64,000 nt of DNA. Source: Bdellovibrionales bacterium (GTDB lineage: Bacteria > Bdellovibrionota > Bdellovibrionia > Bdellovibrionales > UBA1609). Every line of letters starts with the position of its first letter. Within the stretch, counting starts at the first letter, position 1. Made by a program: the position numbers and the translations under genes. The stretch spans positions 1,568,001 to 1,632,000 of the forward strand of contig OZ241329.1 of NCBI GenBank assembly GCA_965199825.1, given 5' to 3'. Under the pieces are notes generated by a model. It was given only the letters and a program-made list of their open reading frames with translations. It was not told the origin of the DNA and made no database searches. Below are positions 48,867 through 58,157 of this stretch, in pieces.

Positions 48867-50189
48867 TTACTTCTGCTTTTCAGGTTCCATACCGCATTCG
48901 CCCGTGATGACGTCCTCAAAACTTTCAGACTGGTATCTGTTCAGACAATCCTTCAAGATTTTGATATAGTCCTTTTCATTTCGATCTTGATCGGAATTGA
49001 ATGTTGGCATCACGCCATAAAGAAGTTTTGTTAGATTAGCATATGAAAGATCCACTCGACTTACAATCCACCGCATCTTTGAAGCATTAAAATTTCCAGG
49101 GGTACGCGCGGGAAGTTTACTAGCCCTCAGAGGTTGCTTATAAAAAATAAATTCATATTTTTCGCGATAAACCAAACTCAATTCAATAAGAAGCTGTGTC
49201 AGATTTAAATGGCTGCTTGTACGCACCTTAACTAAATCCCGAAGTATGGGATTCTCTCTCTCGATACTCCAATTTGGACCACAATAAAGAATATGATCGT
49301 TTTTCCATTTTGCAAAACGAGCTGGGTCGGCAACTCCAACTGTATCAAAGAAACCAAAACCTTTTTTGAAACGAATCCAGGTTTTTAAATTTGCAAGCAT
49401 CGCTTGGCTGTAAAAATCATTCTGCGTTTCTTGATAGAGCGCTTTGACATAGGGAGTGATGTGAGAGTTCGCCTCAACATTTCCATCAGCCGCATAGCCG
49501 TTGATTTCTGCAATGGCCTGCGAATCAATAATGGAGATCGCTGTACCCGTTGTTCGACAGTTTCGAACTGGATTCGAATTGAAGCCATATGAAATGGCCT
49601 TTACAGAAAGAGACTGCAACGTATCAATGATCAATTGTCGACAAAACAAAGATGCATTCATCCGCAAATAACCAATTGCATGGCCCACATCACTGGCTTC
49701 AGACCACGAATTTCCACAGTCCATATCTTTCACCAAAGCACTGAACCTTTCAGCGACATCGGGTGATACGTGATGCTGATCACCAATTATCATATTGATG
49801 CCGCGTTTGATTTTGATCGTATAAAGGCGTGGATCCTCACCACCAAAAACTGCGGTGGCAGTCGGGTCAATAGCAACATAAACACCTGGCCCTGTGTCTG
49901 CGCCAAAAACAATATTTGGATTCCAAAATCGATTGGCCCATGAGTTGATCCTTTTGTTAAGGTCATCAACAGATTTTGGATTGAACTTCTCTTTTTCAAC
50001 TTGTTCCCATCGAAATGTCCAAAGATCCCGATCCAGGGGCGCAAGATACGGAGTGAGTATTTCGGTAAGTCGAGCTTGAAAAGATTTATTTTGGGTTTCG
50101 GCAGAGGGAAATCTTTTTATATAATTTGAATGCTTCGCCGTCGCGCAGGCAACAAGTATTAGTAGTAAACAAAATCTATAGACTTTCAT
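48867..50189 (-). CDS. Hypothetical lipoprotein, possible ADP-ribosyltransferase-like fold
   Basis: AGGAG RBS, lipobox LVAC; TFRW...GPGVYVAIDPTATAVFG...LYTIKIKRG pattern. Confidence 0.7.
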   Translation of the reverse strand: MKVYRFCLLLILVACATAKHSNYIKRFPSAETQNKSFQARLTEILTPYLAPLDRDLWTFRWEQVEKEKFNPKSVDDLNKRINSWANRFWNPNIVFGADTGPGVYVAIDPTATAVFGGEDPRLYTIKIKRGINMIIGDQHHVSPDVAERFSALVKDMDCGNSWSEASDVGHAIGYLRMNASLFCRQLIIDTLQSLSVKAISYGFNSNPVRNCRTTGTAISIIDSQAIAEINGYAADGNVEANSHITPYVKALYQETQNDFYSQAMLANLKTWIRFKKGFGFFDTVGVADPARFAKWKNDHILYCGPNWSIERENPILRDLVKVRTSSHLNLTQLLIELSLVYREKYEFIFYKQPLRASKLPARTPGNFNASKMRWIVSRVDLSYANLTKLLYGVMPTFNSDQDRNEKDYIKILKDCLNRYQSESFEDVITGECGMEPEKQK

Positions 50190-50335
50190 TGAAGTACTCC
50201 TAAAGGTTTTATTTTTGTACATTAGTGGAGTTAAAAGAATATCCATTTGAGTCTACTGGCCGTTGGTCTCCCTGCAATTTCTTGCGGCCTTAAAGCTGAT
50301 TTTTAACGTGCTCATACGGTTGGTGCGCGTTTGCG

Positions 50336-50352
50336 AAAACTCCGAAGGTGTT
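50336..50352. repeat. REP-like imperfect palindrome AAAACTCCGAAGGTGTT
   Basis: 15/17 identical to AAAACTCCGGTGGTGTT near the RAYT gene; close to the reverse complement of 8057-8073. Confidence 0.75.
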
Positions 50353-50386
50353 TAAAGCTTAGCTGGCTAAAATTTGATGGGTCAAA

Positions 50387-50847
50387 TCAAAGTGTCGTGC
50401 CCGCTCAAAGTGTCGTGCCCGCTCAAAGTTGTCGTGCCCGCTCAAAGTGTCGTGCCCGCTCAAAGTGTCGTGCCCGCTTAAAGTGTCGTGCCCGCTCAAA
50501 GTGTCGTGCCCACTCAAAGTTGTCGTGCCCACTCAAGTTGTCGTGCCCACTCAAAGTTGTCGTGCCCACTCAAGTTGTCGTGCCCACTCAAAGTTGTCGT
50601 GCCCACTCAAGTTGTCGTGCCCACTCAAAGTTGTCGTGCCCACTCAAGTTGTCGTGCCCACTCAAAGTTGTCGTGCCCACTCAAGTTGTCGTGCCCACTC
50701 AAAGTTGTCGTGCCCGGTCAACGTCGTCGTGCCCGGTCAACGTCGTCGTGCCCGGTCAACGTCGTCGTGCCCACTCAAGTTGTTGTGCCCACTCAAGTTG
50801 TCGTGCCCGCTTAAGTTGTCGTGCCCGCTTAAGAGTATCGTGCCCAC
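50387..50847 (-). repeat. Tandem array of 25 x 18-19-nt units, core G(C/T)GGGCACGA on the minus strand
   Basis: Plus-strand units TCAAAGTGTCGTGCCCGC, then alternating TCAAAGTTGTCGTGCCCAC / TCAAGTTGTCGTGCCCAC (37-nt dimer x5), then TCAACGTCGTCGTGCCCGG variants. Confidence 0.98.
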
Positions 50848-51067
50848 TCACTCACACCACCAACGCGCGGACCAGCTTCACGATCTAAAAACCCAAGCCT
50901 CAAATCAAGACTATGACATCACCCCAAGAATAAACAAAATTAGTATAACCCCAAACTGCTCAGCATAAAATGGCAAGCCACCAGCTTCCACAAACCCAAC
51001 CAAGGTCCGCACCCTTAAAGTTTCACCCGTCTTATTCCGAGACAGTAATGTGCACAGGAGGTGCTTA

Positions 51068-51295
51068 ATGGAAAAAATCAGTGGAATTGTTTCGAGTTCG
51101 GCAAGAGTTCCGGCAAGTGACAGCCAAGCCTCTGCTCGGCCTGGGGCTCCAACTCTTGGTCGCTCACAAGCAAATCTTGCAAAGCAAGACGTTGCTATCG
51201 TGTCGGATTTAGAGACCCGATTTTTTAAACCTGAGCGCGGCGAAACTCCCGATGAGCTAACTCCAAAGGGAACATATTTGGATCGCGAAGCTTAA
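51068..51295 (+). CDS. Small hypothetical protein (75 aa), probably sigma-28 and CsrA controlled
   Basis: TAAAG(51016)...TCCGAGAC(51036) promoter-like element; RBS inside hairpin GCAC-AGGAG-GTGC (51052-51064). Confidence 0.7.
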   Translation: MEKISGIVSSSARVPASDSQASARPGAPTLGRSQANLAKQDVAIVSDLETRFFKPERGETPDELTPKGTYLDREA

Positions 51296-52347
51296 GCGAT
51301 TTGCTCGAGACAAAAACCAAAACTTTCTAACGATGCAATCTTTGACAAACTCGCGAAGCGGCGTTGTCCATCAACCATTTTCAAAACCAAAATCGCATCC
51401 ACACTCAAATGAATGAGTTGTCTGACCGCCAGCACATTCCACTGTGGAGCCCCAAGTTGCACCAACATCTCAAGGCGCAACAAGGCCTGCTGAGCATTGT
51501 CGGCATGAAGAGTTCCAAGTCCACCTTTGTGGCCGGTGGCAAAGGCCATCAACAAATCTTTTGCCTCTTCACCTCGCACCTCACCCATCACGATGCGATC
51601 GGGCCTCAATCTTAAGCTTAGTTTTACAAGATCAGCCAAACTGACCTCGTCAAGATGACCTTGCGAATCCTTGCGCGACAAAAGTTTTGTCGAAAGGGGA
51701 TTGGGGGTTAACAGCTCATCGGTATCTTCAATGATCACCGCGCGCTCGGTGTTCGAAATTTCATTGAGACAAGAATTTAGAATCGTGGTTTTTCCTGTGC
51801 CGGTTGAACCCACCACGATAATACTGGCGTGAGATTTCAAAAGACCACGCAATTGCTCGATCGCCTCTGCCGAAGCCCAACCCTGCTTCTCTAATGTGGC
51901 AAAATCGATGGCTGATTGCCGCTGCCTGCGAAAGCTCATCTGAAAAAGAGATTGCACAATCGGCCGCTGCACAACGCACAATCGAAAGTTACGAAAGCGT
52001 CCATCCCCTCGGGGAGCATTGATATTGGTGACGATCTTTGATTCAGCACAAACGCGATGAAAAAAATTAGAAAATGTTTGCAGCGATAAAAAACTTTGCT
52101 CCGAGCAATTCCAACGGCCCTCCTTTTCAAACCAAATCTGGTCCTCGCCATTGATTAAAATTTCTGTAACAGCCTCATCAAGAACAAGCGGCGTCAGAGG
52201 TCCAAGACCTAAGTGTTCGGCTCGCAAGCGATCTTTAAATGGACAACTTTCGGTTTGTTTCAAAATAAAATCTTCGAGCGCAATTTCACTTTCTTGCTGG
52301 GCCTTTTCGATTTGCTTTTGCAAAACGAGAAATGCTTCGTTCAACAT
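51292..52347 (-). CDS. cpaF: Flp/Tad pilus assembly ATPase CpaF/TadA (alternative start at 52371)
   Basis: GLGPLTPL, VTEILING, GSTGTGKTT, IIEDTDEL, LRLRPDRIVMGEVRGEEA, TGHKGGLGTLHA. Confidence 0.93.
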   Translation of the reverse strand: MLNEAFLVLQKQIEKAQQESEIALEDFILKQTESCPFKDRLRAEHLGLGPLTPLVLDEAVTEILINGEDQIWFEKEGRWNCSEQSFLSLQTFSNFFHRVCAESKIVTNINAPRGDGRFRNFRLCVVQRPIVQSLFQMSFRRQRQSAIDFATLEKQGWASAEAIEQLRGLLKSHASIIVVGSTGTGKTTILNSCLNEISNTERAVIIEDTDELLTPNPLSTKLLSRKDSQGHLDEVSLADLVKLSLRLRPDRIVMGEVRGEEAKDLLMAFATGHKGGLGTLHADNAQQALLRLEMLVQLGAPQWNVLAVRQLIHLSVDAILVLKMVDGQRRFASLSKIASLESFGFCLEQIA

Positions 52348-52348
52348 C

Positions 52349-53626
52349 TTACAGCTCACTGTAGCGCTCATGATTTTCAAAACCTTTTGGGAGTTTGGGG
52401 ATTTCGGCCGGGCCTTCAAGACTCTCAAGATAGGGAGTAACAAAAACCACAAGTTCGGTGCGTTGATCAATAAAGTTCTTTGACTTAAACAGCTCGCCTA
52501 AAATTGGAATTTTTTGAAACGGGAAAAATTCTTGCGAATGACTGCCTAACTGATTTTTGATTAGCCCCGAAAGAATGATTGTTTTACTTCCAATGAAATT
52601 GAGCTGAGATTCAATCCGATTTGTTTTTAAGCCCGGCACACCATCAATCATTTGCGAAGGATCAATCAACGAAACTTCAATAGTCATTTGGAGACTCATA
52701 TGACCGGTGTGATCGGCTTGAGGTTTAAATTGCAACAACACTCCATGCTTTTTCCAGCTCACTTCTTGATGCCTCAACGTTTGCATCCGAATCGGAAATT
52801 CACCGCCCGCCATAAACTCGGCACTTCCGCCGCTGCGACAAACCAAATTAGGAGAAGCAAGCACTTGAGCTTTACCATTGGTCTCGAGGTTTTTGAGTTG
52901 GGCCAAAAGCCCGCCCTCGTCGCGAAACTGCGGCAAAAGCTGGGCTTGATAATTATTTTGCCAGTCCACTCCGACCTCTTGCAAAAAGGTATGGCTCACT
53001 TCGGCCAGCATCACGTGCAGCCGCACCAAGGGCTCGAGGCTTATACCTTTGTTCGCCTCAACAAATTCAAGACCGAATTTTTTGGTTAAATTTGTGGCTT
53101 GAAGTTTTTGGGTGTCATTTGCAAAGGTGAGGGTAAAGGGCTGACTCGGGTCCCACTGCATGATCGCCGGAGGTAGGCCAATTTTGCGAAATTCAGAAAA
53201 TAAAAAATGGCGGGCGTGATCCAAAACTTCTTTTTCCATTTTGGCCTGAAAATAATAAGGCACACCCTCTAATAAGTTCGCGAGCCTTATCCAATCTTGA
53301 AAACGCCACAGTTCTCCTTTAATTTTAAGGTGGTCGCCCTCCCATTGAAAATCGAGTCCTTTTAAAGCTAAGAGATCGCCCTCACGCACAACGGCGTGGG
53401 GGAGGATCAAAATTTTATATTGGCTCTCACCAATGCGGGCATTGATTTGGCCGCGCTTCATAGCGGTAACTTCCAGTCGCGAACCAAAATCATGCAAACG
53501 AATATGCGAATTTTGCGGAATAAAAACATGCTCATGATTTTTGAGATTGATAAATCGCCGCTCGCCCTCTTGAAGCACAAAGAGTTGGCCTGCAAAAGCA
53601 AAATGAAAAAACAAAAGCCACATCAT
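52349..53626 (-). CDS. cpaC: Tad pilus secretin CpaC/RcpA
   Basis: VLASPNLVCRSGGSAEFMAGGEFPI, KKHGVLLQFKP, IPILGELFKS, TELVVFVTP. Confidence 0.9.
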   Translation of the reverse strand: MMWLLFFHFAFAGQLFVLQEGERRFINLKNHEHVFIPQNSHIRLHDFGSRLEVTAMKRGQINARIGESQYKILILPHAVVREGDLLALKGLDFQWEGDHLKIKGELWRFQDWIRLANLLEGVPYYFQAKMEKEVLDHARHFLFSEFRKIGLPPAIMQWDPSQPFTLTFANDTQKLQATNLTKKFGLEFVEANKGISLEPLVRLHVMLAEVSHTFLQEVGVDWQNNYQAQLLPQFRDEGGLLAQLKNLETNGKAQVLASPNLVCRSGGSAEFMAGGEFPIRMQTLRHQEVSWKKHGVLLQFKPQADHTGHMSLQMTIEVSLIDPSQMIDGVPGLKTNRIESQLNFIGSKTIILSGLIKNQLGSHSQEFFPFQKIPILGELFKSKNFIDQRTELVVFVTPYLESLEGPAEIPKLPKGFENHERYSEL

Positions 53627-53679
53627 ATTGGGTGATCAATTGCAAAATGATAGAAAGGGATAAATCGAAATGACGACTT

Positions 53680-54771
53680 CTAGAGATCCGGATCCGAAAT
53701 TAAAAATCCGATTTCCAGATGACCTTTGGAAGACCCGAACAGAAGCTGTGAGTGATGGAGTTTGAGGAGCGCTTGAGAAATGCTTAAGCCCAATCCATTG
53801 CCCGTTGTGTGATGCATGATATTTTCGTCGAGAGTAAAGGGTTTTAAAATCTTTTCGATAATTTTACTTGGGATCGCTTTTCCAGGATTGATCACCTTAA
53901 ATTCTTTGTTGTTTCCAACAACACGGATCTGACAGTCATTAGGCGAAAATTTAATCGCATTATCAATCAGCCGTATAAGAACGGAGCGCAATATTTTTTC
54001 GTCCCCTTTAAAGTTGTCGTCAGTGGCTTCAACCAATAAAGTTTGTTTTTTGGTTTTTAAAATTTCTGCAAATTGATGTTGAAGGCCTTCACAGATTTTA
54101 TCAGCCGAAGTTTTTTTGAGATGGGTTTTGAGTAAACCAACTTCGGCCGAAACCAATTCTAAACTGTCTTGGGTCAAAGTTTGAAGCCGCGAGGCACTTT
54201 GTTTTAAGCGATCGGTATATTTTTTTTGTTCAACACTCAATTCGGTCTCGGTTAAAATTTCGAGATAATTAATCAGATTGGTGAGCGGAGTTTTTAATTC
54301 ATGATTGATCAAAATCATAAAATGATTTTTGGCATCATCAAGACTTTGCAAAGATTCAAGAGCGCGCTCAAGTTCAAAATTTTTCTGCTCTAATTGTTCG
54401 CGCAAGCTAAAACGTTCAACCGCTTTATCAACCGCATTTGTTAGATCAACCGAATCCCACGGTTTGGTGACGTAGCGATAGATATGACCTTCGTTAATGG
54501 ACGAGATCACAGACTCGACGTCGGTAAATCCGGTGAGCAAAATCCGCACCGCTTCGGGCTGAAGCTTTTGGCTTTTTTTAAAAAACTCAACACCTGTCAT
54601 GTTGGGCATGCGTTGATCAGAAATAATGGTGGCGACTTGATGATGTTCTAACAGAGCTAGACCTTCGTCCCCAGAGGTAGCTTTAAGCACTTCATATTTT
54701 TTGCGAAACAGGCGCTCAAGCGCATCAACAATATCTGTTTCGTCATCAATACACAGAATGGCATGTTTCAT
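53680..54771 (-). CDS. Hybrid response regulator / sensor histidine kinase
   Basis: Receiver domain (CIDDE, ISDQRMP, YVTKPW); HisKA INHELKTPL; NAIKF; GNGLGLSI. Confidence 0.95.
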   Translation of the reverse strand: MKHAILCIDDETDIVDALERLFRKKYEVLKATSGDEGLALLEHHQVATIISDQRMPNMTGVEFFKKSQKLQPEAVRILLTGFTDVESVISSINEGHIYRYVTKPWDSVDLTNAVDKAVERFSLREQLEQKNFELERALESLQSLDDAKNHFMILINHELKTPLTNLINYLEILTETELSVEQKKYTDRLKQSASRLQTLTQDSLELVSAEVGLLKTHLKKTSADKICEGLQHQFAEILKTKKQTLLVEATDDNFKGDEKILRSVLIRLIDNAIKFSPNDCQIRVVGNNKEFKVINPGKAIPSKIIEKILKPFTLDENIMHHTTGNGLGLSISQALLKLHHSQLLFGSSKGHLEIGFLISDPDL

Positions 54772-54907
54772 AAAATTAAATTCAGTGTAGAATTAATTAG
54801 AAGCTTTTATCAATGGGGGAACTCTCGATCAAAGTCGTGATTGTCGTTGAATGAGTCAAGTCTCGTTCAAAAGGCGACGAAAACTGATTGTGGAGAAGGA
54901 AAACTTT

Positions 54908-56527
54908 ATGAAGCGTAGCATTCTACTTTTGACACTCGTATTTGGACATCAAGCTTTTGCGCAGTACATACAAGGCGGCGCATCAGTGGGTCAGGGCTGT
55001 AATTATCCGGTGCAAGCTGGGCGCGGAGCTGTAAGTGAGTCCGATGATCTTCAAAGACTGCGTAAAGAAAAAGAATCCTTAAGAAAAAAAGTGGCGCGCA
55101 AAAAATCGGATTGGAACAAGAAAAAAAATGCGGTCAAAAAACTTGAGCGCGATATCGGAAGAGTTCTTTCACCCGGTGCTAGTAAAATTGTTCTCGATGC
55201 GATGACCACCGGAAATTGCGGACCCATGAATTGCAGCGGAGCTTCGGCTGCTTCTTATAATGGCGCAAACCAAGGAAGAGAAGCTCAGCCCATATCGACA
55301 GGTAGTCCAGCCAGTACAGGCGCAGAAGGCCCACGCACAATGACCGCAGATCCTAACAATCCATTTTGTATTCCAGACCGAAACTCAAATATTGTGAATC
55401 TCCTCGGTCGCTACTGCAACGGCGGAGCGGTCGACAGCGAAATCTGTGCAGCGAGTAATCCAATTACAAAAGGCGGCAGACAATCTGGCGATGCGGTCGA
55501 CAACTGTCGAACAGCGATTCAAAATTATCCCAAAGATAAAGCAGACGAAAAAGATTTAAAAGACGAAATGGATTCTCTCAACGCCGAACTTAAAGACAAA
55601 GACACAGCTATCGATGATGCCAAAGATACAGCTGACGACGACGATAATAAAAAAACCGAAGGTTGTCAGTTTTGCCAAAGCATGTCGCAAGCTCCTGCTC
55701 CTAGTATTTGGCAATCTGCTTTGTCCACTCTCGCAATCGGCGCGGTAGGTTTTGCCACTTACAAAGGCGTTGAAAATGCTCAAGACTTGACTGCACGTGC
55801 GGGCTATCCCGTGAGTCCTGTTCCAGCTATTGTTGCGAGCTATCCATTTTTGCAGGCCGCTCTTTCGGGCGGCGGAGCGGGTGGAGTCGGCAGCGGCGGT
55901 TATGCCTGCTCAGGCACAGTTGGAAACCAAAATATGAGCCCCTATGGACAGATCAGTCCGTTTTCTCCCTTGGGCGCTCTCTATAGTCCTCAGAGTGGAG
56001 CCTTCGGATATCCCAATAGTATTGCGGGTAATGGTACTGGATATCCTGGCTATGGCTATGGTGGTTATCCCAATTACGGAATTCAAGTTGGTAGCCAAAT
56101 TGGTGGTCAATACGGAATACAAATTGGCGCACAATATGGGGGTCAGATCGGAACCCAAATCTCTCCTTATCCAAATTTTGGCGGTCAGTACGGAGCTGCA
56201 ACAGGTTCAGCTCTTGGCAGCTCGCTCGCTTTACAACAAATTCAGCAGCAAGCTTTGATTGCTCAAGACTATGCGCAACGCGCTTCGACCATTGCTCAAC
56301 TACAGGGGCAAATGACTCAGATTCAAAGTCAGATTTATGCTGTGGGATCAGGTGCGACACCCGCATATCAGATCGCTCCCTATCCCGGTGCGAACTATGG
56401 TACGACGAGCGGTGCATATGGGTTACAGCTAAGTGGCGGTCCAGTTCCGGTGCCCGTTTCGAATAGCACTAGCGTTCTTGGCACCTACGGAACTTATGGT
56501 TCAACAGGTGTGATCAACTCGCGCTAG
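54908..56527 (+). CDS. Secreted hypothetical protein with Cys-rich and coiled-coil N-half and Gly/Tyr/Gln-rich low-complexity C-half
   Basis: GAAGGA RBS, signal peptide ending AFA-Q, YGIQ(V/I)G-x-Q-x-GGQ repeats. Confidence 0.8.
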   Translation: MKRSILLLTLVFGHQAFAQYIQGGASVGQGCNYPVQAGRGAVSESDDLQRLRKEKESLRKKVARKKSDWNKKKNAVKKLERDIGRVLSPGASKIVLDAMTTGNCGPMNCSGASAASYNGANQGREAQPISTGSPASTGAEGPRTMTADPNNPFCIPDRNSNIVNLLGRYCNGGAVDSEICAASNPITKGGRQSGDAVDNCRTAIQNYPKDKADEKDLKDEMDSLNAELKDKDTAIDDAKDTADDDDNKKTEGCQFCQSMSQAPAPSIWQSALSTLAIGAVGFATYKGVENAQDLTARAGYPVSPVPAIVASYPFLQAALSGGGAGGVGSGGYACSGTVGNQNMSPYGQISPFSPLGALYSPQSGAFGYPNSIAGNGTGYPGYGYGGYPNYGIQVGSQIGGQYGIQIGAQYGGQIGTQISPYPNFGGQYGAATGSALGSSLALQQIQQQALIAQDYAQRASTIAQLQGQMTQIQSQIYAVGSGATPAYQIAPYPGANYGTTSGAYGLQLSGGPVPVPVSNSTSVLGTYGTYGSTGVINSR

Positions 56528-57510
56528 TACGCTTCTTTGATCGTCGGATGAACAGCTGGCGATTGATTGTTTTGCGATTGCTGGTAGGCCAAAAAGCCGC
56601 CAGCAGCAACTCCGATTCCGATCCAAAACCATTTTGATTTAAAAATAGAATTTGGTTGTGGCGCTTGAGTTGCAATTCGAATCGGTGTGTCCTCATGAGG
56701 TCTTGCGGCTAATTCACTCAATTTAATTTTTGGTGTGGTTGAGTTTTCAACCACACAGCCATTGGGATAAATCACCTGATGAAGCTTTGGATAACTCTCG
56801 CTGCTCTTGGTCCATTCGGGTGCCCCGCAATTGCCAAGGACTAAGGGCTCAAGATGAAATTCCATCTCTTTTAAATCTTTGGCTTTTAAGGTCTGCGAAA
56901 ATGGAGAATAGCTCTCTGAAACAACAGTCAGGCGAAACGGGGCGAGCGGAACTACGAAAGAATCGGTTTTTTTAAGCTCTCTCCCATTAACCAAAATCGT
57001 CGAGATCGAACTTGGCCAAGTGGCAGTCGAAATCGTTATCAAATGCGAAGACCTTTTTAAGTTTTGATAAGACTCTCTTAATGGGGGGGCAAATAAATCT
57101 TCATCGGGCTCCAGCGTTGAATCAAAGGCAATTGCTTTTTCGATCCAACGATTGCGATCCTCATGATCAGTTTCTAGTGAAGCCAATCGAAAATAAGAAT
57201 TAAAGATGGCTTGTCGAGCTTTAGCCGTCCAATCACTTTTAAGATGACGATGAACAATGTATTCATATTGTTTTTTTGCAGTTTTAATATCGGCATTTAA
57301 AAACAAGTTTTCGGCCTGCTCAAAATCTCCGATCAGAGTCAATTCTTCGGCCGAAGTGCTACGTGCTTTCAACCACCACTCACTAAACAATTTTGCTCCA
57401 GAATTTTGACGAACCTGTTTTAAAAAATCGGCATTCTTTGTTTCGGGGGCTTGAATCATTACCTGAGCATTCATTGTCAGGCCAAAAATCAACTTAAAAA
57501 TCAGATTCAT
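56524..57510 (-). CDS. Hypothetical protein in the Tad locus (TPR-like helices, C-terminal TM anchor)
   Basis: Overlaps the cpaB-like gene; C-terminal KSKWFWIGIGVAAGG. Confidence 0.7.
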   Translation of the reverse strand: MNLIFKLIFGLTMNAQVMIQAPETKNADFLKQVRQNSGAKLFSEWWLKARSTSAEELTLIGDFEQAENLFLNADIKTAKKQYEYIVHRHLKSDWTAKARQAIFNSYFRLASLETDHEDRNRWIEKAIAFDSTLEPDEDLFAPPLRESYQNLKRSSHLITISTATWPSSISTILVNGRELKKTDSFVVPLAPFRLTVVSESYSPFSQTLKAKDLKEMEFHLEPLVLGNCGAPEWTKSSESYPKLHQVIYPNGCVVENSTTPKIKLSELAARPHEDTPIRIATQAPQPNSIFKSKWFWIGIGVAAGGFLAYQQSQNNQSPAVHPTIKEAY

Positions 57511-58003
57511 GAGAGTGGGTTCCTTCCATAATAATCCGCGAGGACTGTTTTGACAGAGACTTTTCAAGAACTATTCCAGGATTTTTATGATTTTGAACCA
57601 CCACAAAATAAGTGGGTCCGTGCTGAACGATGGTGCGCGCAAGATCTGATCGGACCAAAACTGCAAATTGCCTCGGGTTGAGTGGGGCTCGCACCAACTT
57701 GACCGCTTGGCTTACCCGAGCCGAGGGTGTGGGCGAGTGGGCCGATGCCGCATACAAATCGACAAAACCAAACTGTCCAAAAACTGGGTCCAAAGATTCG
57801 ATATTTGAGACTTCGATCGGTATGAGCTGAAAGCCCTCGGGAATCAAAGTTTCAAGAGTTTGGGGGGCATTCAAAGGGGCTGAAGTGTTCAAAAGCAAGT
57901 GGGCCATAAATACCATTGCGGTTAGAACAAAGCCGGTGATGGGCCAGGCTTTAACGGCCTTCTTTAAAAGTTCTGTGCTCTTTCCAGAAATTTTTAGCGT
58001 CAT
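57494..58003 (-). CDS. CpaB/RcpC-like Flp pilus assembly protein
   Basis: N-terminal TM, LIPEGFQLIPIEV, FGFVDLY; position in the Tad locus. Confidence 0.55.
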   Translation of the reverse strand: MTLKISGKSTELLKKAVKAWPITGFVLTAMVFMAHLLLNTSAPLNAPQTLETLIPEGFQLIPIEVSNIESLDPVFGQFGFVDLYAASAHSPTPSARVSQAVKLVRAPLNPRQFAVLVRSDLARTIVQHGPTYFVVVQNHKNPGIVLEKSLSKQSSRIIMEGTHSHESDF

Positions 58004-58157
58004 GATTTCTCCAGTTTTCTTTTATAAAAAAATAAGGTCTTACGTTTTTTTGATAATTCGAAATTGCCAATTCAAATGCGCCCAACAGACTCATAAAAAT
58101 AAACAAAACAAAGATCATCTCCACAAGGGATTGACCCGATTGAGTTGAGGATTCCAT
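57951..58157 (-). CDS. TadE-like pseudopilin
   Basis: Prepilin motif GQSLVEM followed by a hydrophobic helix. Confidence 0.65.
   Translation of the reverse strand: MESSTQSGQSLVEMIFVLFIFMSLLGAFELAISNYQKNVRPYFFIKENWRNHDAKNFWKEHRTFKEGR

Noticed and set aside
48692..49015. Diversity-generating retroelement TR/VR pair
   Set aside because: The differences are not adenine-specific, many are synonymous, and no reverse transcriptase is in the window.
50331..50968. Repetitive plus-strand ORFs (VVPTQ/SCPLK/CRAHS)
   Set aside because: These are translations of the tandem array, open in all three frames.
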